Shown: positions 41,247 to 51,011 of the stretch, piece after piece
How positions within the stretch are numbered: position 1 is the first letter of the stretch
Layout: every line of letters starts with the position of its first letter
Assembly: GCA_965222155.1 (NCBI GenBank)
Contig: CBDCTH010000012.1
Coordinates: 1,760,001-1,824,000, forward strand
Direction: 5' to 3'
Length of the DNA: 64,000 nucleotides
Source of the DNA: Gammaproteobacteria bacterium
Lineage (GTDB): Bacteria > Pseudomonadota > Gammaproteobacteria > Eutrophobiales > Eutrophobiaceae
The notes under the pieces: generated by a model
What the model saw: the letters and a program-made list of their open reading frames with translations, nothing else
Databases searched by the model: none
What the model was told of the DNA's origin: nothing
Position numbers and translations under genes: made by a program

Positions 41247-41876
41247 TCAGGACTTGACCCCATTTTGACGGTATGCGGATATAACGGCGCCGGCGTCCTG
41301 CCGGATATCGGATAATGATTTTCCTTTCCGGTATATGGCAGAGCCTATTCCAAATCCGTTAATCCCCTTTTGTATATATTCGGGCATGTTTTCAATGTTA
41401 ATACCGCCTACTGCAAGCAAGCAGAACCGTGGGGGAATAACGGCTCTGATTGCTTTGACTGCAGCAGGCGAGACAACTTCAGCAGGGAACATTTTTATCG
41501 CATCGGCTCCTGCTCGCATGGCAGTCAATACTTCCGTGGGCGTGCATGCGCCGGGAATGGACGTCATGTTTAATTTTTTTGTTTCATGGATAACGTCAAC
41601 ATCTGTATTGGGTGAAACAATCAGCATCCCGCCCGCTTCCCGCACTGCCGATATGTCACTGACGTCCAAGACCGTGCCGGCGCCAATCAGTACGTCGTTC
41701 CGATAATGCTGCGCCAGGAGTTCGATTGATTCACACGGCCGCGGAGAATTCAAGGGAACCTCGATAATGCCTATCCCCTCTCCTGTAAGAACATCCGCCA
41801 CAGCGATGACTTCAGCGGGTGTAATACCACGTAATATGGCAATCAGGGGAAGCTCTTTCAGATAGTTATCCAGCAT
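41247..41876 (-). CDS. dgoA: 2-dehydro-3-deoxy-6-phosphogalactonate aldolase
   Basis: Motifs PLIAILRG, IEVPLNSP, GAGTV, IVSPN, KMFPAE and AVGGI. Confidence 0.92.
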   Translation of the reverse strand: MLDNYLKELPLIAILRGITPAEVIAVADVLTGEGIGIIEVPLNSPRPCESIELLAQHYRNDVLIGAGTVLDVSDISAVREAGGMLIVSPNTDVDVIHETKKLNMTSIPGACTPTEVLTAMRAGADAIKMFPAEVVSPAAVKAIRAVIPPRFCLLAVGGINIENMPEYIQKGINGFGIGSAIYRKGKSLSDIRQDAGAVISAYRQNGVKS

Positions 41877-42813
41877 GATTCTCATCGATAATCCGTCTGA
41901 TCCGGGCCGATGTAATCGCTATCTTCCACAAACCATTAACCGAAGCGCCATCCGACGAGATGGGTTCAACGCCGATATCGAATTCAGCAAAGGCCAGACC
42001 ATACTGGTGCAGCAGGACGCGGTTGCCAATTAACGTAATCTTGTCAATCTCCGGATAAAACGTTAATCCGGCGCTGATTTCAGCCCCGATCAATATGCCG
42101 GAAAGATAACTGGAAAAAGCGCCCTGGTCGGACTCACCCGATACCAGGCGGGACCTGACCGAAAAGATATGATGAGAGAGACCACCTGGTTGACGACTCA
42201 TCCTGATTCCTTCCTCAAATGCCGCTTTATTAAACTCGTCAATCCTGATAACCGACTGAATGGAACCGGTAGTCTTGAGCGCCGTATATAATTCACCCGT
42301 TAAAAACGTCGTAAAACCGTTAATCTGATCCCCACTGACCGAGACCCATTTACTGTGTGTGCCCGGTAGGCATATCACCGTATCAGCAAGCTGATATTTT
42401 GACTGCAAGCCGATTATCTGAGTCTCCTCGCCGCGGATGACATCCGAAAATGCAGATATACTGTTGGAGGTGATACCCGGTACGATAAAAACGGGATTGG
42501 CATGGACCTCGGGGATTTTCACCAGGCATTGACTCAGCTGCCTGACAGCCATCGGACATTTCAGGTATGTCGTCTCGACCCATCCTTGTCGGCTACCGAT
42601 CATACCGCACATGATGACCGGCAAACCTGAAGCAGAGTTAAGCCATTGGTCACATGATGCATACAGAAAGTTTGCAAAGCCGCCATCCTGTTGCCGGAAA
42701 ACGCCCCCGTTATTTTCTGTTTTTTCGATCACCGTGCCGCCTCTGTCAAGCAAATAGGCACGGAACTGACTTGAGCCCCAGTCCACTGCAATTAAACATC
42801 CCGCCTTCATCAT
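41866..42813 (-). CDS. dgoK: 2-dehydro-3-deoxygalactonokinase
   Basis: Motifs DWGSSQFRA, GMIGSRQGW, DVIRGEETQ, PGTHSKW, TGEL and LSGILIGAE. Confidence 0.92.
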   Translation of the reverse strand: MMKAGCLIAVDWGSSQFRAYLLDRGGTVIEKTENNGGVFRQQDGGFANFLYASCDQWLNSASGLPVIMCGMIGSRQGWVETTYLKCPMAVRQLSQCLVKIPEVHANPVFIVPGITSNSISAFSDVIRGEETQIIGLQSKYQLADTVICLPGTHSKWVSVSGDQINGFTTFLTGELYTALKTTGSIQSVIRIDEFNKAAFEEGIRMSRQPGGLSHHIFSVRSRLVSGESDQGAFSSYLSGILIGAEISAGLTFYPEIDKITLIGNRVLLHQYGLAFAEFDIGVEPISSDGASVNGLWKIAITSARIRRIIDENHAG

Positions 42814-44579
42814 TGCCTCTTCCAATACATCAATAGCTGCCGACCTGAAAATGCCGTAATGCCGAACAGCGCCGCTGCCGTGAGGTAATTACCGTAGATG
42901 AGCGAACCAATGAAAAACAAGGCGCCATACCCGCACAGACAGGCCATGAAAAACGCTAACAAGGCATCGGTCATATTATACCCGGCGCTTGTCAGCACTA
43001 TTTCCTCACCGGCGGCGCGGGCCTCCTCGATGACCCGGCGCCAGCCGGGGCCCCGGGGTTGTACCAGGCGGAAGAAACGGCGCAGTACCGCCGGATCGGT
43101 TTGCGGTGTCATCAACGTGACCAGCAGCCATCCGACCGTGGTGATGGCAACACCGACAACCAGTTTCTCCCAATGAGTCCAGCCGGGTAAATCCACCAGG
43201 TGAAAGCTGAAGGCCACGATGAAAGAAATAATCATGGCAGCGATCTCGCTGTAGGCATTGATGCGCCACCAGAACCAGCGCAACAAAAACAACAGACCAG
43301 TGCCGGCGCCGATAGACAATAGGATATGAAACGCCTGCATGGCGGTTTCCAGGAATAATGCCAGGACACAGGCAATGAGCATCAACACCGGGGTTACCAT
43401 ACGCCCGACCAGCACCAGTTGCCCCTCCGTCGCTTCGGGCCTGATGAAGCGCCGGTAAAAATCGTTGACAAAATAGGACGCCCCCCAGTTCAACTGGGTC
43501 GACATGGTGGACATATAAGCACAAATCAATGAGGCCATGACCAGTCCCAATAACCCGTGAGGCAGGTATGTCAACATCGCCGGATAGGCAAGATCATGCC
43601 CGATAACCTGCTCATCGACGTGGGGGAACCTTGATTGGATCGCGGCCAGGTCGGGAAACACGACCAATGAGGCCAAGGCAACCAGAATCCAGGGCCAGGG
43701 ACGCAAAGCATAGTGCACGAATTGAAATAACAGCACCGCGCCCATGGCATGATGTTCGTTTTTTGCCGCTAACATGCGCTGCGCGATGTAGCCACCGCCA
43801 CCGGGTTCCGAGCCTGGATACCATACGCTCCACCATTGCACGGCAACCGGAATGATAAAGACCGCGATGGCTGTTTCGGGCTCGGAAAAATCCGGAAAAA
43901 AAGACAATTTGTCCACTACGTTCGGGTGGCTGAGCAGGTTGTTCAACCCCCCCACTTCCGGTAAATTCACGGTGACCCAGGCCGCACATATGGAGCCGAC
44001 CATGGAGATCGTGAACAACACCAAATCTGTCAGTACCACGCCCAGAAATCCTCCCATGGCGCTGAAAACAGTCACCACGACAGCGGCGATGGCGAGAGTT
44101 TGTATCGGGGTCAAATCCAGTATCACCGCACCGATCTTGATTGCCGCCAATGTCACCAGGGCCATCACCATCACGTTGAAGAAAACACCCAGGTAAAGGG
44201 CGCGAAACGCCCGCACCGCGCTCGCGGCCTTACCGCTGTAACGAATTTCATAAAACTCGAGGTCCGTAAAAACACCGGACTGCCGCCACATCCTGGCATA
44301 AACAAAACACGTCAACATACCCGTAAGCAAAAACGCCCACCACACCCAGTTTCCCGACACGCCATCGTTCCTGACAATATCGGTAACGAGGTTGGGTGTA
44401 TCGGTGGAAAAAGTGGTAGCGACCATGGAAGTACCCAATAACCACCACGGCATATTTCGACCGGAGAGAAAAAACGAACTGCTGTCTTTACCTGCCCGCT
44501 TACTGACGCAGGCGCCAATGACGATTGCGGTAACGAAAAAGAAACCTATCAAACACCAGTCTATGAAGCTGAGTATCAT
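42810..44579 (-). CDS. Sodium:solute symporter family transporter
   Basis: Motifs FFLSGRNMPWW, SMVATTF, QRMLAAK and AYMST; multiple TM helices. Confidence 0.9.
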   Translation of the reverse strand: MILSFIDWCLIGFFFVTAIVIGACVSKRAGKDSSSFFLSGRNMPWWLLGTSMVATTFSTDTPNLVTDIVRNDGVSGNWVWWAFLLTGMLTCFVYARMWRQSGVFTDLEFYEIRYSGKAASAVRAFRALYLGVFFNVMVMALVTLAAIKIGAVILDLTPIQTLAIAAVVVTVFSAMGGFLGVVLTDLVLFTISMVGSICAAWVTVNLPEVGGLNNLLSHPNVVDKLSFFPDFSEPETAIAVFIIPVAVQWWSVWYPGSEPGGGGYIAQRMLAAKNEHHAMGAVLLFQFVHYALRPWPWILVALASLVVFPDLAAIQSRFPHVDEQVIGHDLAYPAMLTYLPHGLLGLVMASLICAYMSTMSTQLNWGASYFVNDFYRRFIRPEATEGQLVLVGRMVTPVLMLIACVLALFLETAMQAFHILLSIGAGTGLLFLLRWFWWRINAYSEIAAMIISFIVAFSFHLVDLPGWTHWEKLVVGVAITTVGWLLVTLMTPQTDPAVLRRFFRLVQPRGPGWRRVIEEARAAGEEIVLTSAGYNMTDALLAFFMACLCGYGALFFIGSLIYGNYLTAAALFGITAFSGRQLLMYWKRQ

Positions 44580-44594
44580 TTTCCTATTCTGTAT

Positions 44595-46037
44595 TTATGC
44601 AATAAACCGGCCGGGGCGTCTGCCGGTTTCTTCTCCGTTCTGCCAGGTACACTGGCCATTGACAAACACGTAATCTATCCCGGTTGCCGGTTCGCATGGA
44701 TTTTCATAGGTTGCATTATCACGAATTTTATCCGGGTCTATCACTACCAGGTCGGCAAACAGGTGGGGACGTATCGCGCCGCGGCTCGCTATCCTGAATT
44801 GTGATGCCGCCAAGCCCGTCATCTTATGAACAGCCGTCTCCAACGAGAACAGTTGCTCATCACGGGCATAATGCCCCAGCACCCGTGGAAACGTTCCCCA
44901 CAGTCGTGGATGGGGTTGGGGGTCGTTGGGCAAACCATCCGAACCGATCATGGTTGACGGATGCTTTAACACCCGGCGGACGTCATCTTCATGCATCTGA
45001 AAATAGCAGGCGCCCCCGGGCAATAAACGCTCCGCTGCCTCCTTCTGGCTACATTGCCAATCTTTGGCAACATCATGCAGGTAGCGCCCGCCCATTTCAG
45101 GGCGAGATTCAGACCAGGTGATGAGTATTTTTATCTTGCCATCCACCAGGGCGGGTTCCAACACACTCGAACCGGCAGTGTAGGGATAACAATCGATATT
45201 GACCGTCCGGGTCTGCCTGACTTCATCCAGCAATTTCAGCGTTTCTTTTGTTCCCCCCCAGTTTTGCAGACCGGCGCATTTATGGTGCGATATGATTAAG
45301 GGGGTCTGTCCCCGCTCAGCCGTGGTAAAGGCTTCCTGCATGGCCTCGATAACGTGATCATATTCATCGCGCAAATGCGCTGCATAGACTCCCTGTCGCT
45401 CGCCCGCGAGCCTGACCAGCGGCACTAATTCATCCACGTCTGCCGCCCTTCCCGGTGGATAATACACACCACTGCTGAGACCGGCAGCGCCGGCGTTGAA
45501 AGCCTCTTCCAGCAGTTTCAACATGGCATCAAGTTCAGCCGTGGAGGCTTTTTTGTTGACATCACTCATGGTGGCGAGCCGCAAGGTTGAATGCCCCACC
45601 AAAGCAACGATATTGACCGCGGGTTCTGCTTGTTCGACAGCCTCGACGTAACTTTGAAAATCAGCAAACTCGAATTCGATATGGCCGCCTAACAGATTCA
45701 GCGGCTCGACCAGCGCCGAAGCACGAAATAACGGGGCCAGGCTGATGCCACAGTTACCGACAATCACCGTCGTCACCCCCTGGCTGATTTTGGGCCGCAT
45801 GGCCGGTCTATCGATACACACGCGATCATCATGCGTATGCACGTCGATAAATCCCGGACAGATGATCTTGCCGCGGATATCCACCACCTGCTCCGCTTCG
45901 GCCTGACCGAGTCGACCCACACTCATGATCCGGTCCCCGCTGACGGCGACATCGGCGGCAAATCTCCCGGCGCCGGTACCGTCTATGACTTCACCACGGC
46001 GAAAAACCAGATCATATGTGGGTGCGCCATGCAGCAT
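44595..46037 (-). CDS. N-acyl-D-amino-acid deacylase family protein
   Basis: Motifs PGFIDVHTHDD, GNCGIS, AHLRDE, SHHK, YPYTAGS, GSDG and HPRLWGTFPRVLG. Confidence 0.92.
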   Translation of the reverse strand: MLHGAPTYDLVFRRGEVIDGTGAGRFAADVAVSGDRIMSVGRLGQAEAEQVVDIRGKIICPGFIDVHTHDDRVCIDRPAMRPKISQGVTTVIVGNCGISLAPLFRASALVEPLNLLGGHIEFEFADFQSYVEAVEQAEPAVNIVALVGHSTLRLATMSDVNKKASTAELDAMLKLLEEAFNAGAAGLSSGVYYPPGRAADVDELVPLVRLAGERQGVYAAHLRDEYDHVIEAMQEAFTTAERGQTPLIISHHKCAGLQNWGGTKETLKLLDEVRQTRTVNIDCYPYTAGSSVLEPALVDGKIKILITWSESRPEMGGRYLHDVAKDWQCSQKEAAERLLPGGACYFQMHEDDVRRVLKHPSTMIGSDGLPNDPQPHPRLWGTFPRVLGHYARDEQLFSLETAVHKMTGLAASQFRIASRGAIRPHLFADLVVIDPDKIRDNATYENPCEPATGIDYVFVNGQCTWQNGEETGRRPGRFIA

Positions 46038-46052
46038 GGATACCCGAATTAA

Positions 46053-47348
46053 TCAGAAAAACGTCCGTATACCGTCGATGACGTTATAGTCGTCATCCAC
46101 CAGCCACAATAATTGCCATTTATCAAAAGTCGTACACGGATGGGAAATACCGAGGGCAACCATATCCCCGACGGCCAGGTCCGGCTCACCGGAAAAGCGC
46201 AGGTAGGCATGTTGATCATTCAGCGCAAATATTGCCATTTCGCTGTGTGCCACTTCAGGCATTTTCATCTGCCCCGGTCGGAACCATTTTTCCACCACCG
46301 GGAGATCAACGTCATAAGAAACATCCCGTTTACCGGCTGTAAGAATAGCTAAGCCGGGTTCAGGAACGGATTGAACGTAGGCCCATACTTCGAGCGCGGG
46401 CCGAAGCCGGTCGCTGACTTTATCCGCGCATCTGGCCCGGATATTTTGAAAATGGCGTTCGTAGAAAACCGAGTCATGGGTAAGATAACAACCACTGCGG
46501 ATAATCGCTTGTACGAATCCCTGTTTTACCTGGTTGAGTACCGGTACGACAATATCAAAATACGCCGAGCCGCCGGCGCTTAACAACACACGTCGGGGAT
46601 TGGCAAACAAGTCCAGGGATTGACAACGCCGGTACGTAGCCACAACTTGTGCGAGCAGGTCGCCGATACGACGCTCATCTTCCTGTGGTTCGCTGCCGTC
46701 GATGATACCCTCATAGCACGCCACGCCATGAAGCTCGATTGATGGTTGTGCTGCGATCGCGCCGGCTACTCCGAGTGCATCGACCAGGCTGCGGCAGCCC
46801 GTGCGTCCCCCCTGGATACCGATTTCCAACAGAACTCTTATATGGACCGCTGCGCCCATCTCCGGCAGCAGGTCTTGTAAGCGCTCGGCGCCAGCAATTG
46901 AATCGACGAGACAGTAGAATTCGAACGCGTCATCCCGGGCTAATTCTGTGGCAACGTATCGGATATCATCCAGGCCCACCAGCTGGTTGGCCATGAGTAC
47001 CCGTTGTACGCCGAAACGCCGGCAGACTTGCAACTGCTGAACCGTCGCAACCGTCATTCCCCAAGCGCCGTATGTCAGTTGCAAATCAAACAACTGCGGC
47101 GCCATGGTCGTCTTTCCATGGGGCGCTATCAGGGCATTTTCTGCACTCAGAAAATCCCGCATCCAAGCGGCATTATGTTCAAGTGCACTCTGTTTTATAA
47201 CGGCGCCGGGTAGCGGGATTTGCTCTTCCAACAGGTTCCAACGTTGCCTGGCAACGTCCGCCAACAATATATTTGCGCCGTCATCGGGCAGGCCTTTCGT
47301 GCCCGCTTGCAGCGGCGTCGCCAGTAACGCGTCCAATACCAGCGCCAC
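46053..47348 (-). CDS. PLP-dependent (fold III) D-amino-acid deaminase/dehydratase, aminosugar-acid ammonia-lyase-like
   Basis: Motifs APHGKTTMAP, GRTG, YEG, SAGGSAYFD, RSGCY, GKRD, NDQH and SHPCTTFDKW. Confidence 0.88.
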   Translation of the reverse strand: MALVLDALLATPLQAGTKGLPDDGANILLADVARQRWNLLEEQIPLPGAVIKQSALEHNAAWMRDFLSAENALIAPHGKTTMAPQLFDLQLTYGAWGMTVATVQQLQVCRRFGVQRVLMANQLVGLDDIRYVATELARDDAFEFYCLVDSIAGAERLQDLLPEMGAAVHIRVLLEIGIQGGRTGCRSLVDALGVAGAIAAQPSIELHGVACYEGIIDGSEPQEDERRIGDLLAQVVATYRRCQSLDLFANPRRVLLSAGGSAYFDIVVPVLNQVKQGFVQAIIRSGCYLTHDSVFYERHFQNIRARCADKVSDRLRPALEVWAYVQSVPEPGLAILTAGKRDVSYDVDLPVVEKWFRPGQMKMPEVAHSEMAIFALNDQHAYLRFSGEPDLAVGDMVALGISHPCTTFDKWQLLWLVDDDYNVIDGIRTFF

Positions 47349-48136
47349 TAAAACGCCTCAAGCGTCAGTTCACCGGCCATGACGGCATTGCCGGCGGTTA
47401 AACCGGCGTCCACCGGTATCACCGCGCCGGTTATGCAACGGGCATCACTGGAAGCCAGGAAGCCACAAAGCGCGGCCACGTCCTGCGGTTCGGCAAAATA
47501 ACCTAAGGGATACCATTTTCTCAGCTGTTCAAAAACTTCCGGGTTTTTTGCAGTGCGTGCATCCCAGGCTGGTGTCTTAATCGTAGCCAGGTTCAACAGG
47601 TTGGCCCGGATCCCTTTGCGCCCATATTCAACTGCAAGCGATTTGGTATAGCTGATCAAACCGGCCTTGGCCGCGCTATAGGCAGGATGTCCCAGGGTAG
47701 AGAGTGAGTTGACTGAACCGATGTTGATGATCACCCCCCCAGCATGAGTCAACATCGCTTCCTTGACGATCTCCACACAGTGATACGCACCGGTTAAATT
47801 GAGATCGATGTCCTGCCGCCAGGATTGCGGAGTGACCTTGGCTAAAGCCGTCGCCGCGGCTCCGCCGGCATTGTTTACCAGGATCCCGACATGACCGGTT
47901 TTATCGACCACGGGTTGCACCGCAGCCCGCAGGGCGGACAAATCCGTCACGTCAGCTGCAACGGGCAAACAGTTCTCGCCCAATGAAACAGTCAGTCTTT
48001 GTAACTTTTCCCGATTTCTTCCAACGGCCAGTACGGTGGCGCCGCGCTCACAAAAATACCGGCACAGACCTTCACCAACGCCGCCAGCGGCGCCGGTGAC
48101 CAGGACAATTTTTTTTTCAAAGTGATACCCGTTCAT
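47348..48136 (-). CDS. SDR-family NAD(P)-dependent oxidoreductase
   Basis: Motifs TGAAGGVG, NNAG and YSAAK. Confidence 0.92.
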   Translation of the reverse strand: MNGYHFEKKIVLVTGAAGGVGEGLCRYFCERGATVLAVGRNREKLQRLTVSLGENCLPVAADVTDLSALRAAVQPVVDKTGHVGILVNNAGGAAATALAKVTPQSWRQDIDLNLTGAYHCVEIVKEAMLTHAGGVIINIGSVNSLSTLGHPAYSAAKAGLISYTKSLAVEYGRKGIRANLLNLATIKTPAWDARTAKNPEVFEQLRKWYPLGYFAEPQDVAALCGFLASSDARCITGAVIPVDAGLTAGNAVMAGELTLEAF

Positions 48137-48194
48137 CGATAAACCTTACCTTGATAACAGTCGTTCACGCTAGAAGACAACCCCCAAACCTCTG

Positions 48195-49403
48195 TTAACC
48201 CGGATATTGCACCAGTTCGTTTGGCGGGACCCCATTGCCTTGATGACTAATCGCTTGCCCCAGCCACTGCAAATTGACGGATGGCAGCATGTCATAGTGA
48301 TAAAAGGCAATATCCCGGATACCCAGTGTCTGAACACCGGCAACGGTATCCACCACCTGCTCCCGACTTTGCATATCAGGCCAACCCGGTCGCAGAATGG
48401 CGCCAAGCCGGTCAGTCCCGCCGGTTTTCCGGACGACGTATTTGCCCTCCGATATTGCCGCCTCTACCGACGGCTGATAGAGAGGCAACTCCAGTCCCTC
48501 CGCCGTATCGTACAATGCCGGCAGATCATGCCCCTCCAGGACACTGGTGGTATGCGACCGTTGGGTCGTCGAAATGATTTTCATCTTTACGGAGGAACGA
48601 ATCGCTGCCCGTATCTCCTTGACGAGCAAGGTGACGGTAGCGCAGCGCCAGCGCAGAAAGGCATTAAGCTCATCGTCTCCGAATATACCGTTTTCCGGCC
48701 AACCCGTGACTGTTTCACTGTGGGGTAAGTCGCTGTTCAGATAACCATCAATTGCCTCTCTCACACGGCGCTGTAAGGACGCGCCGTCTATACCGGTCTT
48801 AGCGGCGCCGGCAATACAGTGATCACAGAAGCATAATCCCAACCAGGCATCCAGCCGGGGGTCAGGCCGAACCTGGGCAAATTCATGATGATAGCCATGG
48901 CTGTAAGCCAGATAACCCGGGGTTTCGAGCAATAACGTATCAATGGGATAATGCCCGGCAAGGTCCTGACATAGGGTCAACGCATACTGACGGACCTCAG
49001 GATGGGCAGGGCATAAACTATAAACATAGCCATCGCCAAAGGCATTTCTAACGGTAATCTCGGGATATAGCATCCCCAGCCGGGTGTTATGCAGCAACAC
49101 GGTCCAGGCATTGACGACCAGGTCTTCGCGTTCCGCCAACAGTGCCAGAACGTCATCTTGTTCAAGCAGCCTGCTGGTCAACGGCTTGACCTTGCCGTAG
49201 CTTAAACGCGGTTTAAAGTAGACAACCCCATCCTCCGGGAAATAGACCCGATGACGATTGCTGCGCGGATGAATGAACTTGCCGGTGTGATAACTCGCCG
49301 CAAGGTTGATGCCCTGCAGTCCGGAAGAGAGAATTTCATCGACCCTTTCATCTGATTTCTCTGCTGATAAATTCCAAGGATAGGCATAGATGGAATAACT
49401 CAT
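48195..49403 (-). CDS. Hypothetical TIM-barrel protein, possible glycoside hydrolase
   Basis: YAYPW start, LCPAHPEV, LLETPG and Cys cluster CFCDHC. Position in a sugar-acid operon. Confidence 0.6.
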   Translation of the reverse strand: MSYSIYAYPWNLSAEKSDERVDEILSSGLQGINLAASYHTGKFIHPRSNRHRVYFPEDGVVYFKPRLSYGKVKPLTSRLLEQDDVLALLAEREDLVVNAWTVLLHNTRLGMLYPEITVRNAFGDGYVYSLCPAHPEVRQYALTLCQDLAGHYPIDTLLLETPGYLAYSHGYHHEFAQVRPDPRLDAWLGLCFCDHCIAGAAKTGIDGASLQRRVREAIDGYLNSDLPHSETVTGWPENGIFGDDELNAFLRWRCATVTLLVKEIRAAIRSSVKMKIISTTQRSHTTSVLEGHDLPALYDTAEGLELPLYQPSVEAAISEGKYVVRKTGGTDRLGAILRPGWPDMQSREQVVDTVAGVQTLGIRDIAFYHYDMLPSVNLQWLGQAISHQGNGVPPNELVQYPG

Positions 49404-49427
49404 GATAACCGGCCCTGGTATGTCAGA

Positions 49428-49814
49428 TCATTCGGGCTTGTAGGCTATGACGTCAATCTCGACCTTGGCATCGACCATAATCTGCGATCGAACACAGGAC
49501 CGGGCCGGCGGCGCCTCCCCAAAGTATTCCGCATAGACGCGATTAAACGCCTGGAAGTCCCGCGTATCATCCAGCCACACATTGACCTTGACGACATCGG
49601 CCAACGTGCAGCCGGCTTTGTTGAGTATTGCAATGATATTTTCCATGGTTTTATGAGCCTGCGGAACAATACCACCGGCAATGATCTCACCCTGGTCATC
49701 CATCGCGACCTGCCCGGAGACAAAGATAAACCCCCCTGCCTGCGTAGCCTGGCAGAATGGTAAACTCTGCCCGCCGCTGCCTGTTTTCATCCCACCCGTT
49801 CGCTTAATGCTCAC
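49428..49814 (-). CDS. RidA/YjgF-family enamine deaminase
   Basis: Motifs FVSGQV, VVKVNVWL, FNRVY, PPARSCV and VEID. Confidence 0.92.
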   Translation of the reverse strand: MSIKRTGGMKTGSGGQSLPFCQATQAGGFIFVSGQVAMDDQGEIIAGGIVPQAHKTMENIIAILNKAGCTLADVVKVNVWLDDTRDFQAFNRVYAEYFGEAPPARSCVRSQIMVDAKVEIDVIAYKPE

Positions 49815-49931
49815 TTGATCACACCTCCTACAAACCTGATTTGAATTTAACCCCGCGATAGCTGTTGGGCTGTTGAACCCCCCAGGGCACTTTTCACTGA
49901 CGAGAGAATCGAGCGGGTAAATATAATAAAG

Positions 49932-49985
49932 AGTAATTATACTACATAAAAATAAAATACACGAGTATTTTGCAATTTTATTACA
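49932..49985. promoter_or_regulatory. Two HexR/RpiR-like operator sites upstream of the RidA-dgoA operon
   Basis: AGTAATTATACTACA (49932-49946) and TGCAATTTTATTACA (49971-49985) resemble the TGTAAT-N3-ATTACA palindrome of HexR-type regulators. Confidence 0.5.
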
Positions 49986-50159
49986 TTAGTAATGGTCAAT
50001 ACCGACTGCCCCCCAAGTGTCGAAGTCAAATTCCCCACCTGTGGATAAAATAAGTCGTGCATCATGCGGCGCTCCCGCGTGGTGGTTGTCACTGAAGATA
50101 GTCCTCCAGTCCTGAAAGCCGCGATTGGACGTGGGGAGAGCGACCTGGCTTGCAGCGCC

Positions 50160-50310
50160 ACCCGCTGTCCTCCCCCAACGGCTGGTAGTGGCTGTCATCC
50201 AAAATCCGGGCCTGCTCTGTCTGGGGCAATTGCCTGAGTTTGGCGCCGACAATGTAATGGAAGCCAGCCTCTTCCAGGGCGGTCAGATTGGCCTCATTGA
50301 GCAAGCCCCC
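50160..50310 (-). mobile_element. Transposase remnant, IS1634-like
   Basis: Fragment GLLNEANLTALEEAGFHYIVGAKLRQLP, which resembles the segment after the second catalytic Asp of IS4-superfamily/IS1634 transposases. Confidence 0.55.
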
Positions 50311-50465
50311 GATCAGCCACGCACCCTCTGCCGCACATCGTACTTCGCCTGCAGTGATTTGACCACCGGGATGAGGCTGTGACCTTACGACGTCAAGTGT
50401 AGAGAGTAAAATTCTTAAAGTATACGGTTGCCCTGGCTTTGGGTTGACAAAACCTTCGTAACCCA

Positions 50466-50494
50466 TTGACAGCATTTTACTTTTCACTTAGGAT
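50466..50494 (+). promoter_or_regulatory. Sigma-70 promoter of the toxin-antitoxin operon
   Basis: TTGACA, 17-bp spacer, TAGGAT, about 50 bp upstream of the antitoxin ATG. Confidence 0.65.
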
Positions 50495-50544
50495 AAGCGA
50501 TTTGGTGCAATATCCGGGTTAACCCCATACAGCGAGGAAACACC

Positions 50545-50724
50545 ATGCAAGCAGCTAAACAAGAAGCACTCAACACCATTGGTCAACTGCCGGAGGATAC
50601 CGACCTGGATGAGATCATGTACCGGCTCTATGTGCTGGATAAGATCAGGAAAGGGCAGAAAGCCGTAAAACAGGGCAAGACTATTACCAGCGGTGAACTC
50701 GAGCGGGAAATCGATTCATGGTGA
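50545..50724 (+). CDS. Small antitoxin (59 aa, absent from the ORF track)
   Basis: RBS GAGGA. MQAAKQEALNTIGQLPEDTDLDEIMYRLYVLDKIRKG...W*, overlapping the toxin start. Confidence 0.85.
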   Translation: MQAAKQEALNTIGQLPEDTDLDEIMYRLYVLDKIRKGQKAVKQGKTITSGELEREIDSW

Positions 50725-51011
50725 CTTGGTCAGAACCGGCCAAGGCTGATTTGCGCTCCATCCACGATTTCATTGCCCACGATTCTCGCCACTACGCCAA
50801 GAAGGTAGCCCAAGACATCAGGGAGAAAACAGATATCTTAGACGGCTTGCCGAAGATCGGTAAGAAAGTGCCACAATTGAATGATGAGAATATCAGGGAG
50901 CTATCGCTGTATTCCTACCGGATCATCTATGAGATCAAAGATCAGGGCATCTTTGTACTGGCTGTAGTGCATAAACGGCAGAATCTAAACGTTGAGGAGA
51001 TTGAGCAGTAG
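50718..51011 (+). CDS. RelE/ParE-family type II toxin
   Basis: Motifs WSEPAKADLRSIHDFIA, GKKVP, RE, YRIIYEI and LAVVH. Confidence 0.9.
   Translation: MVTWSEPAKADLRSIHDFIAHDSRHYAKKVAQDIREKTDILDGLPKIGKKVPQLNDENIRELSLYSYRIIYEIKDQGIFVLAVVHKRQNLNVEEIEQ

Noticed and set aside
50010-50030. GTGTCGAAGTCAA as a terminal repeat of the IS1634-like remnant
   Set aside because: Orientation does not fit the minus-strand fragment and no partner repeat was found.
50040-50048. Perfect DnaA box (TTATCCACA on the minus strand)
   Set aside because: Single box next to an IS remnant, with no cluster and no dnaA/gidA context; not an origin.
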